Positions 27,837 to 38,472 are shown, counted from the first letter of the stretch. The stretch is DNA of 46,701 nucleotides from Patescibacteria group bacterium (GCA_048538215.1 JBLYPV010000001.1:205495-252195), one strand, 5' to 3'. Notes: generated by a model not told the origin, from the letters alone. Translations and numbers: made by a program.

Positions 27837-27861
27837 AAAATTCATATAATATTGTATAAAT

Positions 27862-27891
27862 AAAAAATTAGCCAGCAGGGGCTAATTTTTT
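27862..27891. terminator. bidirectional terminator between the tRNA cluster and rpmG
   Basis: aaaaaattagcc-agcagg-ggctaatttttt, a 12-bp stem with A and T runs on both sides. Confidence 0.8.
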
Positions 27892-27898
27892 ATTTGAA

Positions 27899-28081
27899 TT
27901 ATTTATTCTTTTTGAGAGCACGGAGCTTTTTAATCTCCTTAAATACCTCATGCTTGCCTGTTTTTTTATCAAATTTTTTCAATTCTAGCTTTTGAGTAGC
28001 TTTGTCACCCTTAATAGGCTTGCGTGTATAAATCACAGTGCCCGAGGGAGATTGAATCATACGAATATTTTTCTGTGCCAT
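27899..28081 (-). CDS. rpmG: 50S ribosomal protein L33 (Cys-less form)
   Basis: 60 aa. KLELKKFDKKTGKHEVFKEIKK matches the L33 C-terminal signature (LELKKYxPxxxKHxxHKExK). Confidence 0.8.
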   Translation of the reverse strand: MAQKNIRMIQSPSGTVIYTRKPIKGDKATQKLELKKFDKKTGKHEVFKEIKKLRALKKNK

Positions 28082-28224
28082 AGTGCGAGGATAATACCAG
28101 ATATCTATAGAAAAAACAACTCTAACTACGCGCCGTCACCCACTATTATAATCAATAAACATAGATATTTAGGGCGTGGACAATTATCCTCCTTTCTCTG
28201 AATGCTCTATGCTATTCTATTGGT

Positions 28225-29061
28225 ATGGAATCATTACAGAGTTTTATTGAACAACACGCCTATCAATGGGCATTTGAAGGATTATTAGCTACTGGAATTG
28301 TTTTAGCATTTTGGCTCTTGTATCACCTCACCAAGCGTCCTCTTAGTAAATTTTTATTTCAAAATGGCTTTGATAGCTACTTAGTAGATATTGCTATCAA
28401 TAATTTCTATAAAAGTATATTAATAATAATTGCTATTATTACTGCCCTTGGCCAAATAGGTATTAATGTCTTGGCAGCGATGACCGGATTTGGTATCGCT
28501 GGAATTGCTATCGGCTTTGCTGCCAAAGATACACTTGGCAATATTATTGCCGGAATTACTATCTTGTGGGACAAGCCCTTCGTGGTTGGTGATTGGATTA
28601 AAGTAGACGGCGAATTTGGGCAAGTCCAATTCATTACGCTTCGTACCACTCGCATACACACCCGTGATAATCATCATATAATAATTCCAAACGAAAGAAT
28701 TATTAATAGCACCGTCACCAATCATCACCATGCCCGCCCAGTACGGTGTCGAGCTCGCATCTACCTTCCCTATGGGTCTGATATTGATGAAGCAAAACGA
28801 GTAATTATCGAAGCTCTTGAGAATATTGAAAGTGTACAAAAAAATCCAAAGCCATCGGTGGGCGTGGCTGAAACTAAAAACGGTCTCATCCCACTTGTTG
28901 TATTTGCTTGGGCTCCTAATGCCCGCAAGTCGATTGGTCTTACATCGAAAATGCGCCGTGTATGTATTACTGCTCTTATAGAAAATGGATTTACTGCTCC
29001 TTATCCAGTAGTATTAGCAGAAAACGCCCAACTTACGAAAAAAATTAAAAAGAAAAAATAA
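28225..29061 (+). CDS. MscS-family mechanosensitive channel (second paralog)
   Basis: TM helices, then KPFVVGDWIKVDGEFGQVQFITLRTTRI. Confidence 0.8.
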   Translation: MESLQSFIEQHAYQWAFEGLLATGIVLAFWLLYHLTKRPLSKFLFQNGFDSYLVDIAINNFYKSILIIIAIITALGQIGINVLAAMTGFGIAGIAIGFAAKDTLGNIIAGITILWDKPFVVGDWIKVDGEFGQVQFITLRTTRIHTRDNHHIIIPNERIINSTVTNHHHARPVRCRARIYLPYGSDIDEAKRVIIEALENIESVQKNPKPSVGVAETKNGLIPLVVFAWAPNARKSIGLTSKMRRVCITALIENGFTAPYPVVLAENAQLTKKIKKKK

Positions 29062-29062
29062 T

Positions 29063-29323
29063 ATGCAAATACCAGAAACATCTCAACAAACAGACAGCAC
29101 CCCCGAGCATCACGAAAAAAATATACATACCAGCATCGAAGAGCTCACCCAAGAAGTAGCTGAAACAAAAGAATTTCTCCAATCTACTTTCTCATTACGA
29201 ATGATCGTGATGCGCGGGGTACTTACCGGCTTTGCTGTCGTACTCGGCTCTACCGTACTAGCAAGTATCATTTTTACTATTGTACAATTAGTATTTGGTG
29301 ATGTGCCCTATATCCCCAATTAA
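29063..29323 (+). CDS. hypothetical protein with a C-terminal TM helix
   Basis: 86 aa, starts 1 nt after the mscS stop. Acidic N-terminus, one TM helix (GFAVVLGSTVLASIIFTIV). Confidence 0.45.
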   Translation: MQIPETSQQTDSTPEHHEKNIHTSIEELTQEVAETKEFLQSTFSLRMIVMRGVLTGFAVVLGSTVLASIIFTIVQLVFGDVPYIPN

Positions 29324-29397
29324 TGCATAGTGATGGCGTGCTTACGCTAGCTGCTAGATAGATATATCTTTCATTAATTTTAAAATACCTCAAAACT

Positions 29398-29919
29398 ATG
29401 ACAGAAAAACCTCTACCCAAAGCCACCCAGGCAATCTATCAGTACCTAGATACCCATCAATTAGAATACGACCAGTACACTCACCCAGCAATACATACTG
29501 TAGAGGAAGCACGAGCTACCATTTCGGAGGTACCCGGCATTGAAGCAAAAACCCTTTTAGTCTATACCGAAAAAAGTAAATCCTTTTATCTCATCTCTCT
29601 TGTGGGAGAAAAAAAGATTTCCCAATCTGTGATCAGATCTCTTATTGGCGAACGAGTTCGATTTGCTCTTGCTTATGATCTGGCTCGCATACTCCACACT
29701 ACCCCAGGATCTGTATCTCCGCTCGGACTACTCTTTGATACTCTTGGTGAAATTAAGGGCTATATTATAGATGAGCAAATAATCAATGCTTCAGAGGTAG
29801 CTTGGCACCCTAATATAAATACCCAGACTCTTGTATTTAGTAAAAATATATTTCAAATGTTTTTATCCCTTCTACCACATTCTATTCTTATCTATCCTGA
29901 TATTCCTACTTCTCACTAA
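29398..29919 (+). CDS. YbaK/ProX-like aminoacyl-tRNA editing-domain protein
   Basis: 173 aa. HPAIHTVEEA...EAKTLLV...PGSVSPLGL is compatible with the YbaK/EbsC fold. Weak assignment. Confidence 0.45.
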   Translation: MTEKPLPKATQAIYQYLDTHQLEYDQYTHPAIHTVEEARATISEVPGIEAKTLLVYTEKSKSFYLISLVGEKKISQSVIRSLIGERVRFALAYDLARILHTTPGSVSPLGLLFDTLGEIKGYIIDEQIINASEVAWHPNINTQTLVFSKNIFQMFLSLLPHSILIYPDIPTSH

Positions 29920-29969
29920 TGCTTTGATATACGGCTATAAAAAATGTTTCTACATTGGCACAAAAGCTT

Positions 29970-31001
29970 TTACCATTTCTCAATTTGACTAAAAAGAAAT
30001 ACTTCGAATGCCTCTTGTGGGTAGGATGAGCCGAGCATACTATTATATGTTTCAAGTAAGTCTCTCAAGGTGTGTGAGGTAATATTTTTCATATCTTGCA
30101 TACTCCTTATTTTCTCAGTAGTAGTATTGTGCTCGATTTGATTAAGATACTGTGTGTCATAGCGTAATAAAAGCACACTTCGAGTAAGAGCGAGCATTTC
30201 TTCTAAGAGTCCTTGATAGTCCCCCTCCGTGTGTGTGCCTATATATTCAGAATATCCTACCATAAGAGCCTCTTTGTCTTTCTTGTCGATTGCTTCTATA
30301 AGCGTAAAAGAAAATGATTCGCTACGACCTCCATAGATAGATTGAATATCAGCCAAACTAATTTCTTTTTTCCCTGTTGCTAGTATCTTTTGTAAATAGG
30401 AAAGCGTATCTCGATATGAGCCATTTCCCTTGCGTGCAATGTATTGAGCTGCTTCTTGATCAATTGTATAGCCTTCTTCTTGAGCTACTCGCACCACCAT
30501 CTGGGCGAGTGTGTCACGCTCTCCAAGCCGAAAATCATATACCTGACAGCGTGAGAGGATAGTATCAAGCACTTTATGCTTTTCAGTAGTAGCGAGAATG
30601 AAAATAGCGTGCATCGGTGGTTCCTCGAGCGTTTTGAGTAGAGCATTAAAGGCTTCTTTGGTAAGCATATGCACCTCATCGATAATATATACCTTGTATG
30701 GCGAATAGAATGGCCGATTGACTACTCCATCACGCAAAGTACGAATCTCATTGATGCCTCGATTTGAGGCAGCGTCTATTTCATATATATCTTGATCATG
30801 CGTCCCTAGCTCACGAGCAAAAATACGGGCAATAGATGTCTTGCCTGTTCCACGCCCACCGCTAAATAAGTAGGCGTGAGCAATCGACTCATTGGCAATT
30901 TGCTTTTGCAAAGTGTTCACCACTTCTTCTTGTCCACGTACCTCATCAAATGTGTGTGGGCGATATTTCCGGTAGAGTGTACTTGTGGTGATTTGATTCA
31001 T
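29970..31001 (-). CDS. dnaX: DNA polymerase III gamma/tau subunit, short form
   Basis: YRKYRP..F.EVRGQE, HAYLFSGGRGTGKTS, IIDEVHMLT, LKTLEEPP and SRCQ motifs. Only 343 aa. Confidence 0.9.
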   Translation of the reverse strand: MNQITTSTLYRKYRPHTFDEVRGQEEVVNTLQKQIANESIAHAYLFSGGRGTGKTSIARIFARELGTHDQDIYEIDAASNRGINEIRTLRDGVVNRPFYSPYKVYIIDEVHMLTKEAFNALLKTLEEPPMHAIFILATTEKHKVLDTILSRCQVYDFRLGERDTLAQMVVRVAQEEGYTIDQEAAQYIARKGNGSYRDTLSYLQKILATGKKEISLADIQSIYGGRSESFSFTLIEAIDKKDKEALMVGYSEYIGTHTEGDYQGLLEEMLALTRSVLLLRYDTQYLNQIEHNTTTEKIRSMQDMKNITSHTLRDLLETYNSMLGSSYPQEAFEVFLFSQIEKW

Positions 31002-31016
31002 AAATCTATTATACCA
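31002..31016 (-). promoter_or_regulatory. extended -10 promoter giving a leaderless dnaX mRNA
   Basis: Minus strand reads TGGTATAAT-AGATTT-ATG, directly after the 16S terminator U-tract. Confidence 0.6.
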
Positions 31017-31020
31017 AAAT

Positions 31021-31052
31021 AAAATACTCTACGATAATTCGTAGAGTATTTT
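31021..31052 (-). terminator. rho-independent terminator of the 16S transcription unit
   Basis: 13-bp perfect stem aaaatactctacg / cgtagagtatttt with a 6-nt loop and T-runs on both strands. Confidence 0.8.
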
Positions 31053-31070
31053 GTTGTGTGATATACAATT

Positions 31071-31112
31071 ATATAGAAATTGGTATGCAAGAATTCTTTC
31101 TTTTGCCTCGTC
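31071..31112 (-). other. 3' strand of the pre-16S processing helix
   Basis: 31071-31085 is the exact reverse complement of 32919-32933 (15 bp). 31088-31112 pairs with 32800-32824 (25 bp), and both non-Watson-Crick positions are G-U on the minus-sense RNA. Confidence 0.85.
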
Positions 31113-31249
31113 ATATGGTACATAGGTCTGTCGGATAGCTACATATGTAGCGACCAATATCCGAGTACATTTTATAGATAAAGTACCATTATCCTATTCA
31201 CCAAAGGTGATAGATCGACACTTAGTCGGAAGGATCCCCTTCCTTTCAG

Positions 31250-32750
<1,501 letters not shown>

Positions 32751-32799
32751 GAACTCAGCATCTCATATGAGGATGCCAAATTCTTGCGTATGCACTATA

Positions 32800-32933
32800 G
32801 ACGAGACAAAAGAAAAAATTCTTGAGTTCAAACAATTGCTTGAACGAATACTCTTAATAATAATTACTAAGAGCTCTTTTGTTTCTTGTATTACCCATCA
32901 CTAAATGGTGATGGGCCTTACCAATTTCTATAT
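32800..32933 (-). other. 5' strand of the pre-16S processing helix, with a 94-nt internal insert carrying two hairpins
   Basis: See 31071-31112. The insert contains cccatcac-N6-gtgatggg and gttcaa-N-ttgaac hairpins. Confidence 0.8.
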
Positions 32934-32959
32934 TATTTTTTCAAATATCAGTGCCAGGC

Positions 32960-32987
32960 ATTATAATCTCCAGGAGATAAAAGTCAA
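32960..32987 (-). promoter_or_regulatory. 16S rRNA promoter (-35 TTGACT, 16-nt spacer, -10 TATAAT)
   Basis: Minus strand reads TTGACT-TTTATCTCCTGGAGAT-TATAAT. AT-rich upstream region. Confidence 0.7.
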
Positions 32988-33105
32988 GCCCACAAACTTA
33001 AGATGAGTATCAAGAAAATTAGATTTTTCGTATATGTATTAATAGATATTTATATAACATTTACGCAATAACAATCTTGGTGTGGAAACAAGAGTAAACA
33101 TCTAT

Positions 33106-34461
33106 TTATTCCGCACCCTTAAGGGCTCCACGTGTATACCTGCTCCCTGCATTCCACAAGAGCCATGAATCGAGACCTGCATCATAGGTAGCCTTGATCT
33201 GCGCTCTGACTTCCTCTGCTCCATAGGGGAAATACCCGGTGCACCAAGTGCAAGTAAAGTCCTGCAACCACGGACGCAATTTATTTGGATCTTGCCCTGC
33301 CCGCTGTGCTTTTAATACTCCATCGTTCATCGCTTTATACACTACCTCATAAGGATGATTATCAGGGTGCCCTTCAAGAGCTATAAAAAACTTAGGGTAA
33401 TGTGATGGATACACCATCGGTGAGACAAAATCAAAATATTCCATAAAACTTTTTTGCATTTGCCCTATGGAGAGATCATTATTGAGTGATGTTGTCATAC
33501 CAAATGTGTCCGCAGAAAGAACAATATCCGGATATACTGCCCGTAGAGCCTCTGTGTAATCACGCATAAATTCTTCGAGCACTGCCACTCGTCCATTCAT
33601 TGCTCCGAGTGTATCCAAAGCATTTTGACTATATGGATAGTAGGTATTAGCAGTGTCGCCATCCGATGGAAAGCGGATGTAGTCTACTTGGATCTCATCA
33701 AAGCCCATTTGATGAATGCGTAATGAAAGAGCAATCAGATATGCTCGATATGCATCTGATCCTGGATCAATATATGTTTTACCACGATAATCTTTCCATA
33801 CCCGAGTCGGATCATCCTTACGCTTAACAGCATCCTCCGGGAAAGCCTCCGCCCATTTTTGATCCTTAAATAATACGATTCGTGCTATTGTATACACCCT
33901 CTGGTTATATAATTTCTCTAATAGCGTATCGATTCCAGGCATCATTTCTTTTTGAAATGGAATATGGTCGTAATCTCCTAGCTCTGTAGCCACGATACCG
34001 TCCGACTCTTTAATATCAATCACTACAGTATTAATTTCTGTTTCTGATATAAGCTTGAGTATACGGCTACGAATATTCGCATCTCCTACCGCATAACTTG
34101 TGAGATATACACCCCGCACCGATTCTGGAGTATCTAAATATTGCCCTCCCCAATGAATACACTGTGGATTATGTCTTATATTATTTGTATGTAAATTATC
34201 GAAACAGTCCGTACGTGTAGACATACAGCTTGCCCCCGAGTATGCCACCTGCATTTCTTGGCAACCTTCTTCACGCAATTTTCTAAATGCTCGTCGTGCA
34301 TTATGTCTGTAGTTTGCCTCCCACGAAGCACGCATAGCTTGATAACGATCCCCCTGTAATTGTATATAAGCGTAATAATCCTGATTGATTATAAACCGCA
34401 TATAAAAAAATATTCCTCCGATGATGCCGATTACAAATATCAACAGTGTTATTAATCGCAT
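33106..34461 (-). CDS. putative TIM-barrel glycoside hydrolase (DUF4015/COG1306-like), membrane anchored
   Basis: N-terminal TM helix. GVYLTSY...NTVVIDIKESDG...IARIVLFKD...YIDPGS...GFDEIQVDYIRFP resembles the uncharacterised GH-like family. Confidence 0.5.
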   Translation of the reverse strand: MRLITLLIFVIGIIGGIFFYMRFIINQDYYAYIQLQGDRYQAMRASWEANYRHNARRAFRKLREEGCQEMQVAYSGASCMSTRTDCFDNLHTNNIRHNPQCIHWGGQYLDTPESVRGVYLTSYAVGDANIRSRILKLISETEINTVVIDIKESDGIVATELGDYDHIPFQKEMMPGIDTLLEKLYNQRVYTIARIVLFKDQKWAEAFPEDAVKRKDDPTRVWKDYRGKTYIDPGSDAYRAYLIALSLRIHQMGFDEIQVDYIRFPSDGDTANTYYPYSQNALDTLGAMNGRVAVLEEFMRDYTEALRAVYPDIVLSADTFGMTTSLNNDLSIGQMQKSFMEYFDFVSPMVYPSHYPKFFIALEGHPDNHPYEVVYKAMNDGVLKAQRAGQDPNKLRPWLQDFTCTWCTGYFPYGAEEVRAQIKATYDAGLDSWLLWNAGSRYTRGALKGAE

Positions 34462-34463
34462 AA

Positions 34464-34721
34464 TTATTTTAATCTATCCGAGTCACTAGTATCATCTATA
34501 CTTCCTGATTCTGACAAAATTTCCTCTTTGTTTTTTTCAAAAAAATCATCCACGGTATTTTTAGAAAAATGAAGAGGCACATCATATTCTCGAGCAAATT
34601 GATATAGTGTATACAAAAGTGCTATCACTAAAGGTAGTACTATCCAGATATCATAGAATTGTGGAAGTCCTAAGTAGGGTATGACGGTGAGTAAAAATAC
34701 TAAAAATACTATGCGATTCAT
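34464..34721 (-). CDS. hypothetical small membrane protein
   Basis: 85 aa with two TM helices and an acidic tail. Its stop is 2 nt before the downstream start. Confidence 0.45.
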   Translation of the reverse strand: MNRIVFLVFLLTVIPYLGLPQFYDIWIVLPLVIALLYTLYQFAREYDVPLHFSKNTVDDFFEKNKEEILSESGSIDDTSDSDRLK

Positions 34722-34763
34722 AAAGCTATTGTATCCTAGGTGCCTACAAAATCCAATTAGTAT

Positions 34764-36635
34764 TTAGAGAGGCTCATAATTAGAAAGCGTAGTCGTATTG
34801 CGATCGGGAGAAAGATTATAATAGCTAATCATAAATTGTGTAATATCAAAAAAAGAATCTTTAAGGGTGGTAGAAGAATATTGAGCATTTTGTGGCTTGT
34901 AAGTAAAAAGGACCACAACAAACTTGGGATCTTCTGGCTTAGCCTGAGCTGGGAAATATCCTGCCAAGGCATGTAAAAATTCATTACTATAGTATCCTCC
35001 CTGTGGTCGGGCTAATTGTGCTGTACCTGTTTTAATTGCTACGCTATGCTGTGGTAGTGAATAAGCTCTAAAGGTGGATGTATCATCTACAATGGGTATG
35101 AGCATATCTGTCACCTGCTTTGTGGTTTCTATGCTGAAAACACGCCTATCCCCCCCTGATGGAATATTACGAGAAGGAATCAAATCTCCATATTCAATGA
35201 CATCAACTAGGTAGGGTGTCTTCACAATTCCTTCATTTGCCAGAGCTCCCCATGCCTTTGCCATTTCTATGAGAGTCACTGCTATTCCTTGTCCATAAGA
35301 AGCCGTAGCAAGCTCTACATCTCGCCCTGTATCTATATTATCGGTATTTCCGTACATTTCATAAGGAAGATCCACGCCTGTTTCTTGAGACAAGCCCAAA
35401 GCATTAATATATTCCAAAAATTCATCTACTCCAAGCTTGAGCGCTATCGTGGCTACTCCAATATTTAAAGACTGCGATAAAATAGTTTGCAAAGAAGTAT
35501 TCGGCCCTCGTCCCGCACGGTCATAATTATAAATAGTACGCTTATTGAGCTTGAGAAAGCCCTTGTCATTATAGACAAAATCAGTATCAATTACTCCCGC
35601 ATCAAGGGCCATGGCTATAGTCAGTGGCTTCATAATCGATCCGAATTCATAACGATCTTCAATGACTACATTTCTATAGTGTTGTTTTTCATCATTTGGA
35701 TCAAAACGCTTACTACTTCCCATAGCTACAACCTGCCCACTCCGTGGATCGAGCACAATGCCTGCTGAGTACTCACTACCAAAGCGCTCATCAATAGAAT
35801 CAAGCTCTCGCATTAATTGATCCTGGACTTGTGGCTCGATGGTAATAACCAGAGAACCCTCTTTGCCAATATTCTTTTGAAAGCCTGTTTCTTGTGCATT
35901 CTCTTCTTCCTCTTCATTTGAATCATCATCAAATAGTGATAAAAAGATACTCTTTGAGCGCCCATTATTTTCTTTGCGTAAAATTGCATCATAGTATTTT
36001 TCTAATCCATAAGTACCGGCAAAAACATTATTGCGAAATGAAACAAAGCCTACTACTTCTGATACTAAATCTCCAAGTGGGTAATATCGTTCTTTGCGCG
36101 CATGAAGCTCTAGCCCGGGATAGGGATGCTTCTTGAAAGCCTCAACTTCTTCATTACTCAAACGAGATTTGAGAATTTCGTATGGATCATTCTTTCTTAA
36201 TAAAATTCTCTTCAGGCGATTTTCATCATAACTTGTATAGGTATCCAAGTGCTTGCGTAAGCCATCAGCATCCTTGAGATTGATATTATTGATCACTAAT
36301 TCATAATACTTTCTATCAGTGGCAGCAAGAATTCGATTGCCATCGTGATAGCGAAGGTATATATCTCCACGAGGATTATCTTGTGTGCTAATGATATAAG
36401 AATGCTGATTATCAACTTGCTCACGATATGCTTCCCCCGAAACTACCTGCACTTTATACAATTGATATCCTATCGTAATAAATAGACCAAACCCTAACAG
36501 AAATAGCATCCAAATTACAAAATTACTTTTATGAAACCCCCATTTTCGCCAGGAAAAAAAACGCACGAAAAACGAGCCTATGGGGCTCGTTTTTTTCATT
36601 TTCTTTTTGGAGCGCGTTTTCTCTGCTTTTGCCAT
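34764..36635 (-). CDS. ftsI: division-type penicillin-binding protein (FtsI/PBP3-like)
   Basis: Located in the dcw cluster after ftsL. TM anchor, transpeptidase motifs SxxK (GSIMK), SxN (SQSLN) and KTGT. Confidence 0.8.
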   Translation of the reverse strand: MAKAEKTRSKKKMKKTSPIGSFFVRFFSWRKWGFHKSNFVIWMLFLLGFGLFITIGYQLYKVQVVSGEAYREQVDNQHSYIISTQDNPRGDIYLRYHDGNRILAATDRKYYELVINNINLKDADGLRKHLDTYTSYDENRLKRILLRKNDPYEILKSRLSNEEVEAFKKHPYPGLELHARKERYYPLGDLVSEVVGFVSFRNNVFAGTYGLEKYYDAILRKENNGRSKSIFLSLFDDDSNEEEEENAQETGFQKNIGKEGSLVITIEPQVQDQLMRELDSIDERFGSEYSAGIVLDPRSGQVVAMGSSKRFDPNDEKQHYRNVVIEDRYEFGSIMKPLTIAMALDAGVIDTDFVYNDKGFLKLNKRTIYNYDRAGRGPNTSLQTILSQSLNIGVATIALKLGVDEFLEYINALGLSQETGVDLPYEMYGNTDNIDTGRDVELATASYGQGIAVTLIEMAKAWGALANEGIVKTPYLVDVIEYGDLIPSRNIPSGGDRRVFSIETTKQVTDMLIPIVDDTSTFRAYSLPQHSVAIKTGTAQLARPQGGYYSNEFLHALAGYFPAQAKPEDPKFVVVLFTYKPQNAQYSSTTLKDSFFDITQFMISYYNLSPDRNTTTLSNYEPL

Positions 36636-36676
36636 ATGAAAATAAATAGCTACTTTCTAGAAAGAATTAAAAAATA

Positions 36677-37018
36677 TTATAAACTAGAATGAGTAAGCAT
36701 AGAATATACTGAGCCACCTACCTGTGCATAACGTACTGTTTTTTCTGCTGGTGAGTAACGCACCATTTGACCCATATCAAACTCTTGATTATCTAAATGG
36801 GCAGTTTGATTTTTGTATGCTGATTCAAGTGAGGCAATTTCTTCAGATATATACTTGCTCTTTTGATTTAGCTCACCAATTTGATAAGCATATGCGGTAG
36901 AATTGTGGAGCATAAACATTACTACAATAAATAGAGCAACAGCAATAAAAGATAAGTACCAAATATAGGTATACATTTTTAGTTGTCCTTGGGTGTATCG
37001 TATACTATGTGTTGTCAT
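36677..37018 (-). CDS. FtsL-like cell division protein
   Basis: Position between rsmH and ftsI. One TM helix followed by a short coiled-coil-like segment. Confidence 0.45.
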   Translation of the reverse strand: MTTHSIRYTQGQLKMYTYIWYLSFIAVALFIVVMFMLHNSTAYAYQIGELNQKSKYISEEIASLESAYKNQTAHLDNQEFDMGQMVRYSPAEKTVRYAQVGGSVYSMLTHSSL

Positions 37019-37019
37019 T

Positions 37020-37901
37020 TTATATTGAATTAATTACTAATGCCCGTAATTTTGCCGAACGAGATCGTGGATTTTCTGTAGATTCTTCAAAAGATGGAAC
37101 GATAGGCTTTGGAGTGAGTATTTGAGCTATCCCTTCTCCCTTGAGAGCACGAAAAGAGTATTTAACTAAACGATCTTCTTTTGAGTGAAAGCTCACCACA
37201 ACCAATCGTGCACCCGGCTTGAGATACTGTGGAATCTCTTTGAGAAATCTCTCGAGTGCTCCAAGCTCGTTATTGACCACAATTCGTAATGCTTGAAATG
37301 TCTGAGTAGCTGGATTAATACGACCACGACGAGGCTTTGCTCTATCTATCGCATCCAACAAATCCCCCACCGTCTCCATCTCCCCCACTCCCCGCGAGCT
37401 GACAATTTCTCGGGCAATGTGTCTTGATTTTGGCTCATCACCATATAGATAAATGGCATTGGCTATCTCTTCTTCGCTCCAGGTATTGAGGATCCCCCAA
37501 GCGGTGAGCTTATTATCTTCTGAAGCGTCCATCCGCATATCAAGCGGAGAGTCACGATTAGCGAATGATATTCCTCGCTCTGTTTCAGCTAGCTGGTCAG
37601 AAGAGATACCTAAATCAAGTACGGCTCCATCTAGCACTTTCCCTGAAATAACATTTCCAAGCTCGGAAAAATTACCATAATGAAGCTCTATATTAGTATA
37701 AAATGAGCCATCAAATCGCTTAATTGCTTGCTCGTCTTGATCTAAAGCAATCACCTTCCCCTCGCTTCCTACACGCTCACTTATTGCTCGCGTATAGCCA
37801 CCTCCTCCCAAGGTACCGTCAAGGATAGTGTCTCCTACTTGAGGATCTAAATACTCTATAACTTGTTGTAAAAGAACGGGAATATGTATGCTTTCACTCA
37901 T
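37020..37901 (-). CDS. rsmH: 16S rRNA (cytosine1402-N4)-methyltransferase
   Basis: HIPVLLQQVIEYL...DGTLGGGGY...DLGISS...FHSKEDR. Confidence 0.95.
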   Translation of the reverse strand: MSESIHIPVLLQQVIEYLDPQVGDTILDGTLGGGGYTRAISERVGSEGKVIALDQDEQAIKRFDGSFYTNIELHYGNFSELGNVISGKVLDGAVLDLGISSDQLAETERGISFANRDSPLDMRMDASEDNKLTAWGILNTWSEEEIANAIYLYGDEPKSRHIAREIVSSRGVGEMETVGDLLDAIDRAKPRRGRINPATQTFQALRIVVNNELGALERFLKEIPQYLKPGARLVVVSFHSKEDRLVKYSFRALKGEGIAQILTPKPIVPSFEESTENPRSRSAKLRALVINSI

Positions 37902-37910
37902 AGCAAATTC

Positions 37911-38339
37911 CTAGATTATTCCTTCGAGAGATTCAGCAAGCTCTTCTGGATTAGCATGGCTATCAGATAAATGCTTACCCCATGTATCTTCTGCCCATAT
38001 CTCTGCGAGATTGCCCACTCCAGCCCAAACAACTTTCTTCTCGAGACCAGCATATTCTTTCAAATTATCTGGTAACAAAATTCGTCCTTGAGAATCTACA
38101 GACACTTCTGCAGCCCCTGAAAGGGTCCGTCGCTTAAACTCTCGTTCATTTCTTTTTGTTGTCGACAAAATAGAAAGTTTTCCGAGCATCTCTTTCCACG
38201 CCTCTTGGGTATACACTGATAGACAATTATCAATTCCACGATTAATTACCACCGTCTCGCCCATGGTGGTACGGAATTTCGCAGGAAGCGAAACTCTATT
38301 TTTACTATCTATACTGTGATGATATTCGCCTATAAGCAT
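37911..38339 (-). CDS. mraZ: transcriptional regulator MraZ
   Basis: MLIGEYHHSIDSKNRVSLPAKFR plus a second SpoVT/AbrB-like repeat (VDSQGRILLP). Confidence 0.95.
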   Translation of the reverse strand: MLIGEYHHSIDSKNRVSLPAKFRTTMGETVVINRGIDNCLSVYTQEAWKEMLGKLSILSTTKRNEREFKRRTLSGAAEVSVDSQGRILLPDNLKEYAGLEKKVVWAGVGNLAEIWAEDTWGKHLSDSHANPEELAESLEGII

Positions 38340-38472
38340 ATATGTGCTTTATGCCAACCCCCTACCCGATCGGTAGGACGCTGGGTAGCACTCGCATCAG
38401 TCATCCACTAGTACAAAAGAGATTTCAAGGCGTATCCTCTTGTTATTGCGACTGATGCGAGCGCTGATATTT

